A stretch of DNA of 64,000 bases from Amphiscolops sp. MND2022 (GCA_964187785.1 OZ076410.1:78988001-79052000); one strand, 5' to 3'; positions 47,122 through 60,018 are shown, counted from the stretch's first letter. Notes: generated from the letters alone by a model not told the origin. Made by a program: numbers and translations.

Positions 47122-47815
47122 GTGCGTGTACTTGAAGTATGTTTATCTATTTCTATCTTTGTCTAATCTCTGATCTGTTGTTTTCACTTCGACTTTGGAA
47201 AAGTTGAACAATTTTTGATAAGGAAAAAAGGAGCTGAGAGCGTTATTCTTCAAAAAACATGGGGCCTATTTTCTGAATTAAGAAAAATTCATAATGAAAG
47301 CACAAAGTTTCAAGGTAGGAAGAGAAACCAAAGAAAAACCAAGTGTTTTATCACTTGTCAGAAGTGAAATGTATGGATCGTGCATAGTTCATGCATTCCC
47401 TTCTCGGGTTTTTCTAAATGTATACTTAATTGGTTTAGCTTTTAGCCTGATGTCGAAAATTGAAATACTTGGCAGCTTTCCAATATTGCTGCGTAAGCTG
47501 AAATGCTATAGAAGCCGGAAACGTGATTTTTAAGACCTACTTTCTTAGTCGAATGTCTCGCGCTGCTACTTCAAGTCTTTATTCTCGTAGCAGCGTTTTC
47601 ATTGAGATGGAACTAACGAGTGTTAATTATTCATAGGCCAATTTCATTGAGATGAAGCGAACGGGTGTTAATTATTCGTACACCGAGAGCTTCGCTTGTA
47701 TTCAAAGTTAGTAGTTGTATTTTCAGTCCGAAAATAATCAAAGGCGGTGTAAACTGGTACACTGGTTGTGCGTTATATAATAAATTAACAGAAGTGTATA
47801 TATATTTCAGATCTG

Positions 47816-47905
47816 TTTTTAGTCGGCGCCTTTTCCCTTAAGGAAAAAAGTCCGATTATTACAGTTGGTAGTTTTTTTCAGTTCACTCTGAATGGTCCAC
47901 TTTTT
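47816..47905 (+). mobile_element. 5' fragment of the HINE-like family, in the ASB intron
   Basis: TTTTTAGTCGGCGCCTTTTCCCTTAAGGAAAAAAGTCCGATTATTACAG matches 56340-56390. Confidence 0.7.
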
Positions 47906-47934
47906 GGTTCAACTATTTAGCCGAGATATTTTAG

Positions 47935-48050
47935 TTCGGATATAACGTTTCCAAGTTCGAATGTAACGTTTTCAAAGTTCAGGTATAACTGTTTCAAAGC
48001 TCGGATATAACGTTTTCAAAGTTCGGATATAACGTTTTTAAAGTTCGGAT
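47935..48050 (+). repeat. ~22-bp minisatellite
   Basis: About five units of TTCGGATATAACGTTTTCAAAG. Confidence 0.75.
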
Positions 48051-48507
48051 AGAGCGATTTCTTGACACTTTGAAGTCCTTTTGCTACTTTTGAGACTTCG
48101 ATATGGCACTGACTTGTGCTGTTCCCATATTGGCACGCATATTTCGGTCCCCGCTGAAATAAAGCAAATATATTGTACTACTGATGATATAAGAGACAAC
48201 GGATATGATAGACAAGAATACCCGGTCACAAGGCGTCCCATATAAGCGGCTTCCGCTGTACATTTAAACTGTAACAAAAGCCAAGTCCCTCTTGACAACA
48301 ACGCAACCCATACCGGATTTAACGCATACCGGATATAACGTGTCTTGCAAAATATTTCAATTTTATTGACGTTATATACGAAGTAAGTTGCCTTTCACTA
48401 AGAAGGAAGTGGGGCTTCGAAAGTTTTGCGCCACATCCGAACTTTGACAGTATATCCGAAGTAAAATGCGTTTTACTAAGGAGGAGGCCGAAAGGAGGTT
48501 CGAAAAT

Positions 48508-48560
48508 ATATATAGTGGCGAGGTCTGAGAAGCAGGAGTGCGAGGGTTCGAGTCTCGCAT
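48508..48560 (+). mobile_element. tRNA-derived SINE head (degenerate)
   Basis: A-box-like TAGTGGCGAGG and B-box GGTTCGAGTC; no full cloverleaf. Confidence 0.4.
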
Positions 48561-48656
48561 AAAAATTTTGAAAAAAGTTTGTAAAAGTAGAGAGAGTGAT
48601 TTAAATTCAACAAAGAATTAAGACGTTTCGATTATAATAGTCCATTCCATTCTCAG

Positions 48657-49220
48657 GTGCGGATGTAACAGTAACCAAGGCAGATGGATCATCACTTTTA
48701 CATCTGGGGGCCTTGACTTCCAACATCGACCTGATCAGACTTCTTTTGAAGTCCGGTTGCTCACCTGCAGTAGAGAATGAAAGGGGCGAAACTCCCCTGT
48801 TTTCAGCAGTCAATATCAATGACCTGAAAATAGCTCGCGAGCTGTTGCGATCTGGTGCTAATGTTTTGCATAGGGACTCGCATAACTTCAATGTTTTTCA
48901 TCTTTGTGCCTTGGGTGGGAAGACGCCTGAGCTTATCTCTTTACTCTGCGAAGCGGCGGAAGACCAACGAGGCTTGGACGAGTCAATTTGTTCCAACATA
49001 TACGGAGCGTCTCCCTTAGAAACTTCAATTTTTCTCGACTCAGTACAGGCTTTCAATGTCATGTTATCTTATGTCACAACTGAAGGGTTGAACTCGCACT
49101 GTTGTGATTTGTTCAATCAGGCTCTCAACAGAAAAGCGTCCCTGGAAATATTCAAAAGCCTCGTCAACTTTGGATACGATTTCCGTCATGATTTAGGCGA
49201 ACTCATCTTATACGGAAATG
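48657..49220 (+). CDS. ASB-like gene exon (ankyrin repeats)
   Basis: Acceptor CATTCTCAG and donor G|GTAAGT; 564 nt, phase 1-1; (G)ADVTVTKADGSSLLHLGA..GETPLFSAV..GANVLHRDSHNFNVFHLCA. Confidence 0.88.
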
Positions 49221-49986
49221 GTAAGTTGTCTTCAGAGTTTTTCCAAGATATACTCAAACCATTTTACGCTTAGTTGGCATTGAATTGCACGCTTAGCACG
49301 TTCTTTTTTGCGCTTAAGCTTACTTAGTACTACTTCTAGCAGCTAGTGATAAGTATTATTGACAAGAAAGTGGTCGTGAATTCGATTCTATGACTAATTA
49401 ATACTTCGGCAACAGCTGCTTTGTTACTCGCTTATAAGGAGTAAGTCTAAAATTTTCAATGAAAAGTTTTACAATTTGGGTCAGTTGTTTGATTGTTTAT
49501 TGATTGCATTTTTCAGTCATGAAAGTTTGATGAAACGTTTCAAAAATCTGCCTCACAGTTGAAAAATTACATTTTTGTGATATGCGGAATATATTGACGT
49601 TCCTCGCAGGGTCCTTTTCTTATGAATAAAACATTGAAACTGATACAGGTCGGTCTTTGTCGAATTCCGCCGCTTCGCTCCTGCACTTCGCTAGGGCACT
49701 AGCGATGTGTCAACATAGCTAATCAAAATCAAGATCATTCAACATAGATTTTCGTCTAGATTTTAACTTAGGTTTCAACCTAGATTTTAACTTGATACCT
49801 CTTCAAAACTACAAGTATTTCACGTGATTTTCTGTAATGACTGGTTTTTAATCAGGTGCAATATGAGACGTGAAATTGGCATTGCCACCTTCTGAAGCAC
49901 AGGCCCCCAACCGGACTTAGGGGGTGTCGTTAAAAAGGTCCCAGGAAGTCGTTAACGTGTCATTACGCATTCAATTATTGTTTCAG

Positions 49987-50177
49987 AAGATGCCGACGAA
50001 CAGAGCCCATTGTACATGTACCTTAGACAACTAAAGGCAGCCCCTCTTCCTTTGGTAACCCTGACTAGACTACAAGTCTTGTCTATGATATCAATAGAAA
50101 ACAGAAGGTCACAAGACTTTTTCTCATCTTTGCAATTGCCTTTGGAGTTGGCACACAAACTTTGTACAAAAATTTGA
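49987..50177 (+). CDS. ASB-like gene last exon (SOCS box)
   Basis: Acceptor TTGTTTCAG, phase 1; APLPLVTLTRLQVLSMI..FFSSLQLPLELAHKLCTKI* fits the SOCS-box pattern PxxLxxLxR..LxLP. Confidence 0.78.
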
Positions 50178-50824
50178 TGTCAATTCGTGTACTTAATGCT
50201 TTAGATGTTTTTAGTGTATTTTCTTTCCCAGATGAATTTTCCTAATTATTTCTCATTTGGACCAAGTTTCATGGTTTAATTCAGTTCACGAAACTGATTT
50301 CTCCTCGATTTTATTTGATGCAGAGTAGCATATTCGTTTCGAAATGGCTGCAAGAACATGCTGATTATTGCAACATTTTACATGCTTTTCAATTTCTCAT
50401 TGTCTTAACTTGAATTCCGTTAGGTGCAAACATTATATTCGTACAATAACATCCACGAATTTCTAATGTAATTAACTGGAGAATGATGATTATTACTTTC
50501 TGGATGCTTGTAATCAAACGATTCAATGATTGTCAACATTCTGAATCTACGAAAAAAATTTGAAGCATTGCGTCAGGTAATTGCTTTTTTTAGTTGAGAT
50601 GATCTGAAGTATCAAAAACACTCATCATGTGACGACCATGAAATCTAATTTATGCAGAGTTGCGAAATTTTTGATAAATAATGACGTCAAGATAATTCAG
50701 AGACTTGCATTTAGTTGTCATCATATTTAGATTTATACAGTTTTCATGGTCTCGTTTATCAACTTTTCTGTGTATCCCCAATATCGTTAAGCTTTGATTC
50801 TGCTCATCAAGGTATTACATTTTA

Positions 50825-52732
50825 GGACGTTGAAAATTTGCAAAACGACATTCAAATTTGTTTCCCAAAATCAGTCTGCTTTATCAATCTTGATTCCAAT
50901 TGGCTAATTCCAAAAATTAGACATTCAAAATTAACAAAAAAAACACTGAATTCCTTAATTAAAAGAGACATCATTTTGTTTCCTTAAAAAAGGCAGTGTG
51001 ATTATTAATAAAAAACAATAACAAACACTAATAAACAACAAACTAATGCATTAATAATAAAATTTAACTAAAGCGGTAATCTCTCCAGCATTTTTTCTAT
51101 GTTCCGGTTGTTCAATTTCTTTCGCTATTTTGTTTGAGAAGTGAACTTTATATTTGCTTTTAATTGTTTCAGCGGAAAATTTCTTTTTGACCAGACAAGA
51201 TGGTAGGCTATTCCACAGGGGTAGAGTCCTTATGAAGAAACTTTTTCTCATGAATTCATTAGAGATTTTTGTATTGCATACCAGTTTCTTCGTTCTACTG
51301 TGATACTTCATTCTAGCTGTTGGTATTGTATTAGGACCACTGAAGGCTGGTAGTAGGTTATTGTGATATTTCCAGAAGTAAAAACATGATTTATAGTCAA
51401 GAAAAATTCTTATTGGAAGTATATTGTGTTTAATTTTCAAATCACTAGATGAGTCTTGTTTTTGACGATTAAAACAGGCTTTTACACCCCAACTCAATTG
51501 TTTTTCAAGTGTTGTTAAGAGATTTTGTGAAATGCCTTGAAGCAAAATTGCTGGATAATGAAGATGACTAAGAACTAGAGCATTCAGAAGCAATAGACAA
51601 ACTTTTTCCGGCAAGAATTGTTTCACTGCATAAATCGTTTTGATACCACAGGCCATTTTCTTCAAGACATGCTTTACTTCATTTTCGTAAGTTAGATTTT
51701 GGTCTAAGTAAACTCCAAGATACTTTACAAAAGAACTAAGACTTGTGGAGTGATTTTTCACTTGTAATTTGAGATTTTTTGTTAATTTGTTCTGAGAATT
51801 TTTGCAAAAGACAATGAATTCGGTTTTATCTTCATTGAGATTAAGTCTATGACTTTCGAAATAGTCAACTAATTTGGCAATATTATTTTCAAGTCGTTGT
51901 TTAGCAGTATTGACACATTTGTCGGCAACAAAAAGAAAAATATCGTCTGCATATTGGACTATTTTACATGTTTCGTCAATTATTTTCTGCATACTGTTAA
52001 CGTAGAGGTTGAATAATAGAGGTCCAAGAACGGTACCCTGTGGAACACCTTGATATAGGCTAATCCAATCTGATGATGTATTTTGAAGAATTACTTTTTG
52101 AGTTCGGTTGGTCAAATAGCATTTAATTAGGGCAATTGCAGTAGAATCGAAATGATATCCTTCAAGTTTTTTCAAAAGAATTTCATGGGAGATTGAGTCA
52201 AAAGCTTTTGATAGATCGAGGAAGGCTGCCGCTACCATTTTATTGTTGTTAATATCTGATCTGATATTTTCAGTGGCATACAAAAGGGCATCAGTTGTTG
52301 AGAATTTTGCACGAAATCCAAACTGGATAGGACTTAAATAGTTATGTTTATTAAGATATTCAACCATTTGATTACGAATTACCTTTTCAAAAATTTTGAA
52401 ATCGCCGATGTGATTGAGATTGGTCTATAATTGTTTGGTTCTTCGGTGTCACCATTTTTGTATATTGGTACAACATGTGCTACAAAAAGACATTCAAAAT
52501 TAGCATACGCTATTATCATGCTACTGGAGAGGTAGAAAAAATGAAAATGCTGCCTCGGATAGAGGAGCGAAATTTCAATCTCAATTACAAGCTGTATGCG
52601 AGCCGGTCTGCTGAGGGATTACTAAAATTGAATGTCGATTAGGGAATTTTGAATGTCTATTCAGAAAATATTTAATCATTCATCTGATTGGCTCTGGAAT
52701 TTTGAATGTCGTTTTGCAAATTTTCAGCGTCC
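50825..52732. mobile_element. TA-flanked MITE hosting a LINE insertion
   Basis: TA|GGACGTTGAAAATTTGCAAAACGACATTCAAA ... TTTGAATGTCGTTTTGCAAATTTTCAGCGTCC|TA. Confidence 0.7.
50990..52490 (-). mobile_element. 5'-truncated CR1/L2-type LINE with an open 438-aa RT ORF (51051-52367)
   Basis: QFGFR, FLDLSKAFDS, GVPQGTVLGPLLF, QYADD, KYLGVYLD; T-rich 3' tail on the minus strand. Confidence 0.92.
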
Positions 52733-54499
52733 TACACTGTAGTACTCTACATGTATCAGGTCTTGTTGCACTGATCAATAAATAGCATTCTGCTTCTTTG
52801 TAATGTACTTTTACCCTAACTTGACCGGCACAACTTCACCGGTACGAATTCGGCACAATTAGTTTCTGCGAACTTCTAAACGCACCAGCTGATTGTATGG
52901 TGAAGAAAACTGTTGAATAAGATTTTCAGCCTATATTGCATAGTATTCCGCGCCTTTTCACGGAATATTGACATGATGTCTTCGAAATCAAGAAAATGGG
53001 ACCAAAAAACAAAAAAAATTGAGCGCAGCTTTTCCGTTTTTCCAGTTTTCGTTTGTGGCCCTTTTATCCCACTGTATCAACATTGGGTCAAAGCGGCCCC
53101 AGCATGTTTTGAAACATGCTGAAAAGTAATCAGAGACACGACGCGTGCAAAGTTTTGGCGCAAAGTCCAGAGCCAGTGCGGTGAAGCCGCACGACAGCGG
53201 AGGACTTCGCGCAAACTTTGCAAGCAAGGGGCCCGCACTAGCGGGCCCTCAGCCCAGCAGTTTAAAAATTGATTTGAAAGCACTGATTCTTCTCGTTCGA
53301 ACGCTCTATAAATCGTTTGTCGGACTTGAATTGTTTAGGAGATTGATTTGCGTATCGAGTGAAATCTCTGGCGCAGAAAGAAGATTTCTGTTATTTCCCA
53401 GTTTTAACCAGGTTTTTAAATTTTTTCTAAAAATTTCAAACTTATCGGATTCTGCTGATTGTCTAGAATTCAATATATTTTTTGTTTCAAAAACATTCTA
53501 AATGGAAAATACTCTCACTTTCACCGCGAAACGGTGATTTCCTATCTTGATACATGTAATTCGACGAAATTTTACCTTTCGAGTATGATATCTCAAAAAC
53601 GGGTGATCATTGTTGAATTCAAATGTATCCATTGATTCAGTAGATTCGTGGGAGTGAATTGAGCATAAAACTTGACAAAAAACTAGATAAAACGGTCAAA
53701 AATTGGAAAAACGGCAAAAAAAGTCCATGTAAACTAGATGGAATTGTTTCTTTTATTTCTGACTTTTATTTCTGACGTTTTTCAAAATTTCCAACCGATT
53801 TTGAGAAAATCGAGCCTAATTTCGCCCTGGGGACGTTTCCGTAATCACAGTACTGTATTGAAATTTAATCACATTTTTCAACATCGCCAAAACTCACAAC
53901 TATTAAAGTATTTTATGATTGAGTTGTGGTTTTCAAATGCGATTGTCATGTACCAAAGAATTCTTAGCAGTGCCGGTTGTTTCAGATATTTAATGATATT
54001 TATTTAACTCTTGCATAAGCCGCATTCTGACTACTGGTGGATCAAAGCATGTTTGGGTTCTGAAATGTTTACTGAGAGTTTTTGCTACTAGAACTGACTG
54101 AGACTGGAAGTCATGAACAAAGGAGTTGATGCCCGCTTTCACGTGTCGGCCGTGCTGCTCATATGTGTTAGTTATGACTCGTAATGCTCCAAAATAGTTT
54201 AACTGGCAAGTCTTGAACGTGTACCCTTTTCAAGAAAATTTTCATCTTTCTCACTTGCTTCCTAGGAATGAGTTCAAGATGTCATTGTTGTATACGCACC
54301 CTTTATTCGAACGATTTTTTTTCAATTTTTTATTGCGGTGTGTAAAATTCACTGTTTGCAGTTTGCTCAAAAACACTTGAGTTAAAAATAAAGACAATTA
54401 TGCTTGAAATTGATAATTTTTTTCTGAAATCAATATTTTCTGAAATAATTTGAGATGATTTGACTGATGCTGCCTCTCTAGTAGCTGCCACGAAATCAG

Positions 54500-56170
54500 C
54501 ATTAGACAAAATCTAGGCTCCTTTTTGTTATTAAACCAAAATAAAAACTTCTGCCTTAACAAATTTTATCAACTACGAGATAACCAACATCAGCGACTTC
54601 TGTTTCTGAAAATATCAATATCGAATCAGTGCAATTCTTATCAGCGCAAATTGTCATACGTGTTGTTGTATGTGTGCAATCGTCAGGGTTGTACCTGTAT
54701 TTCGTACGTTTATAAAAGAGCCTTGAATGGCCAAAATTGGCGCCCGCTAAAGGTTCAAAAAGAGCAAAGCGTTTTAAATATTCAAGGAACAACTATTGTG
54801 AAACTTTTCCGAAAACTGGAAATTACCCGAAGAGGTACCCTTTATTCTCAAAACAGCTTTTCTGAACTGGAAACATCAGAAAGACCCAATTTTTTTCTTT
54901 TCGAAAAGTTTCAAGTACAGTGCCGAAAAACCCGAAAGGAGATCCTTTGGGCTCGCTAAAAGCTTTTTCCGAACCGAAAACTTTTACCCGAGGGGGTGCT
55001 ATTTGATGATTTTTTTGGAAAAAGTCACAACGCCGAAAAGAGGTCTTTTACTTTTGCGAAATATAGATCAAAATTGTCTCTTGGGATTCATGCCGACGCA
55101 ACCGCTTTATGTCACTCAAAGTATGCCATTGGAGCAGCTTGTAGTAACATACAAATCTCAATTCGCTGGTCTTAGACTAAAAATTTGTTTAAACTGTAGA
55201 AATGTTTTTTGTCATTTCAATAGTCATGACAATAAATTTGACTTTTCAGTTCGTGGCAGTGGGCGCGAAGTCTGAGAATGTGGCTCGAATGACAGATTTG
55301 TCAGTGTGTGAAGTAGAAGTATCGTGGAGAAGTGTTTCCAATGATAACACACAACTTCGAAAAGAGCTCCGCACGTGCTCTTACTGTTCAGGTAAATTTA
55401 AATCAATCTTCACTATTTCAAAGCAGGAATGAACCCATTACAGTTGTACAGTCAAGTCAGTTGAAGTTGTAACAACTGGTCACCTACAGTTGAATTTCAG
55501 TTAGATGAAACAAATGAAAAGATCTTAAGTTGGTAGCCCGCGTAAGGCGCAAAATATCTTGACAAGTTGTTTCAAACAATGTCGAAGTGCCTAAAATATT
55601 CAAAGGAGGACCCTTCGGATGCAGTTTGAAAAATAGACTAAATGAAAGTCCAAAAAAACCAAAAAGAGTCGCCTGTTTGACGTGATGAAAAATGTCTAAA
55701 GAAAATATTCAGTTCCCAAAAACAAAAGTGGGCCCTTTGGTCATCATAGGGTTTTAATTCCAGTAAACATGTAAACAAGCCGAGAACGGCCCAAGTCGGC
55801 GCCCCGCTCGAAGTTCAAACAGTGTAAAGTGTTGTAACTATGCAAAGGTATACTGTTGTGACTTTAAAATGAATTGACAGTGCCAAAAAAGACCCGAGTG
55901 GATACCCATAAGACTCGAAAACAGCTCTTTTTCGTAACTCGAAACATCAAAAAACCCAATTTTCGAAAATTCGTCTTCAGAAAAAAGTTTCATACTGACG
56001 AAACACCCTAAAGGAGACCCATCAAGTTCGCGAAACGCTTTATTTCTAAAAATCGAAGTAGAACTTCGGTTGAAAACATCAGAAAAAGTAGCATAGTTAC
56101 AAAGGGTCTTTCCTCTACTTTTGCAAGCATCAAAAATTTGATTTAGTACCTCGTTACTAGGCCTGAAAAA
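54500..56170 (-). mobile_element. Degenerate minus-strand HINE-like copies flanking a host exon
   Basis: AATATTCAAGGAACAACTATTG (54778) and 3' terminus AACAAGCCGAGAACGGCCCAAGTCGGCGCC (55774-55803) match the family. Confidence 0.55.
55250..55391 (+). CDS. Putative exon, probably the SPPL2-like gene N-terminal region
   Basis: Acceptor ACTTTTCAG and donor G|GTAAAT; open 47 aa FVAVGAKSENVARMTDLSVCEVEV..CSYCS; phase-1 end fits the 57694 exon. Confidence 0.4.
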
Positions 56171-56276
56171 ATGCGTTAACCGCTAAAGGCGGAACCTGTT
56201 CGATGTAAAATTTATAAAAGTGGAAGGTTCAGAGTGACTGACGGAAAACAAAACTTGCTACTGTAAGAATCTTCAT

Positions 56277-57461
56277 TTTTTAGTCGGCGCTTTTCTAGGG
56301 AAAAGAGTCGACTATACTCATGGCTTTTCGTCAGTATTTTTTAGTCGGCGCCTTTTCCCTTGAGGAAAAAAGCCCGACTATTACAGTGGGTAGTTTTTTT
56401 TTCAATCTCACTAAATGGTCCACTTTTTACAATTTTCATGATCCACTAACTGCCACACTTGTAACTTCTACTGGCACTTGGCATAGAGGTTACGGCTTTT
56501 TTGAGGTCTGCCAAGCAGAAGGACGTGGGTTCGAGGCCAACCTTGACCAAAAATTTTTTTGTGCAGGTTTTTCGGCTTTGTGATACTTTTTTTGGCAAAT
56601 TTTTTTAAGTCTCCAAAGGGTCCCCCTTCATTTTTTTCCTATTTTGCAAAAGAATGGATGTTCAAGAACTTCCAAAGGCCCCCCTTTTACATTTTTTGGC
56701 ACTATGCGACTTACCGACGACCAAAAAAATTTCGGAAGAGAATACTGGACACATGGAAGTCCTTTTGCTATTTTTGAGCCTTAGATATGGCGCCGACTTG
56801 GGCCGTTCCCGGCTTGTTTCTCTTTCAGCTGACAATCTCACTCTAAATGGTCCACTTTTTTACAATCTTTTGTTCATTTGTTCAACTGATTTTCTGAGTT
56901 TTCGAATTCTATCAAAGGGTACCCCCTTGCATTTTTTTGAAGTTTTCGGTTTGTAAAAACCTTTAATGAGCCTGAATGACCTCTTTTTGAGTTTTTCGGC
57001 ATTGTGCGACTTTTTTTATAAATTACTTTTTTTGAAAAAAAACTTTCCAAAAATATTTTTGGAAAATATATTTTTTTCCAAATGTCTCCAATAGTTGTTC
57101 CTTGAATATTTTTGAGCCTTAGATAGGGCGCCGACTTGGGACGTTCCCGTCTTGTTTTTCGATACACCTGAAGTGACCAAAATAATTCTACCAAAAGTTC
57201 TACAAAATTTTAAATTGCCCCTGTTGGCCCAGGGAACTGAACCAAAAAGGTTTCCTGCGTAATATACAATACCGGACGAGACCAAAGGGTCCCCCTTCCA
57301 ATTTTTTCGGCACTGTGAGACTTTTTTCAAAAAAATTTCGGGTGCTGTAGAAGAGAATACTTTGACACTTCGAAGTCCTTTTGCTATTTTTGAGCCTTAG
57401 ATATAGCGCCGACTTGGGCCTGTCCCGGCTTGTTACTAGTTAAAAAGCGCCGACTAAAAAT
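56277..57461 (+). mobile_element. Tandem array of HINE-like (Helentron) units
   Basis: Two 5' ends (TTTTAGTCGGCGC at ~56278 and ~56340) and three 3' ends GCGCCGACTTGGG-hairpin-CTTGTT ending at ~56818, ~57155 and ~57434. Confidence 0.75.
56472..56548 (+). mobile_element. tRNA-like/SINE head embedded in a HINE copy
   Basis: TGGCATAGAGG A-box-like and GGTTCGAGGCC B-box. Confidence 0.4.
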
Positions 57462-57693
57462 AATCATATGTCTTTGAGCGAAAAGTGTTAAAATTGAACC
57501 ATTCTGTTACATAGAGATTTGTCAATAAAAAGCTGGGTAACTGTAGTTACTGTTCTAGTCCTAATAAAAAACGCCCTGTCACATGTTTGCCCTTCTACAT
57601 CTCCTGTAGCCGTTGATATGACACATTATAGCAATTCAGTGCTTTGTTTAATTGATAATGAGGTCTCCCGTTAAACTTAACATTCCTCCGCAG

Positions 57694-57935
57694 GTGTGGC
57701 GAACCGAAGAGATGACGTTGAGCAAGTGCCGTTGGTTGTAAAAGCGAGAGAACAGCAGTGTAGCTATGACTTGCAGCTGTATTCTGGCAAATGTGTGGTG
57801 GTTGAGCATTTCGACAACGACAGTTCCAAGCACTCAGGAACGGGCGGCACTGACAATGGCTCATGTCAAATGCAGAGAATAGAGAACGAAGCAAAAGCTT
57901 ATTGGGTCGACGGAGTTGTCTTTCCTGTTAATGTT
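57694..57935 (+). CDS. Putative PA (protease-associated) domain exon of the SPPL2-like gene
   Basis: Acceptor TTCCTCCGCAG, phase 1; QQCSYDL..SGKCVVV..GSCQMQRIENEAKAY..GVVF parallels PA-domain LC..KAVVV..GSCHF.EKA..A..GA; donor uncertain, ORF otherwise stops at 57986. Confidence 0.45.
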
Positions 57936-58329
57936 AGAATAATTCACTATCAAGTCGCAGTTACATTTATAGTTGAATCCGCCTAATTCGTATTGCTAGG
58001 GACCTAATAAAATAGTGCGAATAATGAGAAACACGAGTTAACTGTATGATATTATTACTTCGGTCTTCGCGAAATGTGGGTTTCATATACATAGGAAGTA
58101 AACGAGAATGCGAATTATCCGGATACGAATTACCCGGAGTTGACTAATTAGTTTGTTTTATGGTAATCTATTTTGAAGGCAAAGAAAAATACCCTGATCA
58201 AGTTCACATGACTAAATTTCCAGTATATCTTAGTCTTTGTGCTGATTAACAGGGTTACATGAAAACAATACATTTTAATCATTTTTGATGAGTTGCCCAG
58301 CTGTAACTTTCATGTTTTTTTTTTGATTA

Positions 58330-59130
58330 TATCGTATTCACGGTCCATTTGAAAATAGCTGCTTAATTTAAACCCATTTTTGTAAACTCTCGTCTGGCGC
58401 TTTCAGATGTTCCAATTTTTTAATGTTGATTTTTTTAATGTTTCCAATTTTTGTTGATTCTGAACATTTGTTCTTTTTCTGATTCGTTCCTTTTTTTTAA
58501 AAAAATGGTGCAAAATTCGAACATTTGCATCAGAGCCGCAAAACAGTTTGGTCTCCAAATGCACAAGCGTGATTGGATCGAGTTGGAAACCAGTGCCTTC
58601 GGTACCTCCGCATTGTCTGAATGTCCTGATGATACTTTTCTAGCATCCGCAACAGTACTTCGTTGAACTTTTCATTCTCGTGTGTGAGTATAACATTTTC
58701 ATCTTGTTTCAGAATTCAGACATCAAATTCGGAAAGAAAGGTCTTGATGTCAAAGTCCCCACCTTTTTCCTTCAACAGCTCATATATTCGAAGATTCTAA
58801 ATGAGGTTGGTCCAGCGTTTTCGTCTCTACGCACGTTATAAGAGCACATCCTAATCAGAAACTTTCGAAAACTTGGCTTGCAATGCAATGAGAGAATGTG
58901 CTTTTCAGGCATCTTTCCGCAACGGAAGCATGTTTATATCAGCCAAAGTTCTGCCTGATTTGACGTGGATGTCGCGCTCCTTGGGTTTCTGCTTCTTGGC
59001 ATCTTTGGCTGTTATCAATGTTGTTTTGGCCGTGTTTCTTCAGAAATTGGATTTGGAGCTGGAACTCAATCAGTTAGTTCTCCTTTTTCCACGAATTTCA
59101 CCGCAATCTGCAGTTCTTGATGAAATTCTG
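58330..59130 (-). mobile_element. Degenerate LINE ORF2 fragment (endonuclease end/linker)
   Basis: WDFDIKTFLSEFD..EKFNEVLLRMLEKYH..W resembles the LINE post-endonuclease linker; many stops. Confidence 0.35.
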
Positions 59131-59230
59131 AATTAGATTTGGAAAGGGAATCTAAAAGAAAGTCGGGGACCACTGAGAGGGGGTCTAAAGATATTCTGTG
59201 CTAACTTGCTATTTTATCTGTATTATCAAT

Positions 59231-60018
59231 GGTGTCAGGAAATTTCATCCTATGCAATTTCAACCGCTGCCAATTCAACTGTTCACAATTTCAATCGCTT
59301 GCAATTTCATCCGTTCTTACTTTCAATCTTTTGCAATTTCAACGTGCGGCAATTTCAGCCTATCACACTTCACCTAATTACTCTCAAACAATGCTAATTA
59401 AGAAAGTCTTTATTGTAAATAATTCTATAAAAATGAGTAACATGCTTTGATGTAGCCACATTAGAACCATGCCCGTGAAACACTCTGCATTCCCACAAGA
59501 GCGTGACAGAGGAATCAGACCAACTTTTTAAACAAATTGCACTTTAAGATGTTAATTAATTTTTCAAAAAATGACTTATATTGAATAGACTTTCAAAGTT
59601 GGTACGCGTTCAAATGAGTTTTATTCAAGTATTTATCACAAATGTTCAGTCACTTCACGTTCACACTTTCAAATGGACGTCATGGGTGGTAATTTTTTGA
59701 TCGCGTCTGACATGTTGAATGCATTTTCAAATTGCGTCATATGATTACATCATTCTGTCCTTTTCGTACATCGCAAATTTTAGTGCAATGAAAGTTTTGA
59801 ATGCGTTTAATTTTATGCGTCTTCACAGTTTGTGTGCTTTTATGTTGCCGCGCTTTAATTATGTTTAATTAGTTTTAGGACGTTCGCAAAAAAACGCAAC
59901 GACCTTGAACTAATTAAAATATGTTGAAATTGCATGCGGTTGAAATTGTAATGGGTGGAAATAACAGGGGTTGAAATTGCATAGGTTGAAATTTTATAGG
60001 AAGAAATGACATGTAACC
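59231..60018. mobile_element. MULE-type MITE
   Basis: GG..CC ends with inverted arrays of TGCAATTTCAACC/GGTTGAAATTGCA; 9-bp TSD ATTATCAAT / ATTATCACT. Confidence 0.75.

Noticed and set aside
47935-48050. CRISPR-like array
   Set aside because: Units are contiguous with no unique spacers, the context is eukaryotic and there are no cas genes; it is a minisatellite
52830-53900. Several short ORFs and a possible DNA-transposon interior
   Set aside because: No recognisable motifs, TIRs or TSDs
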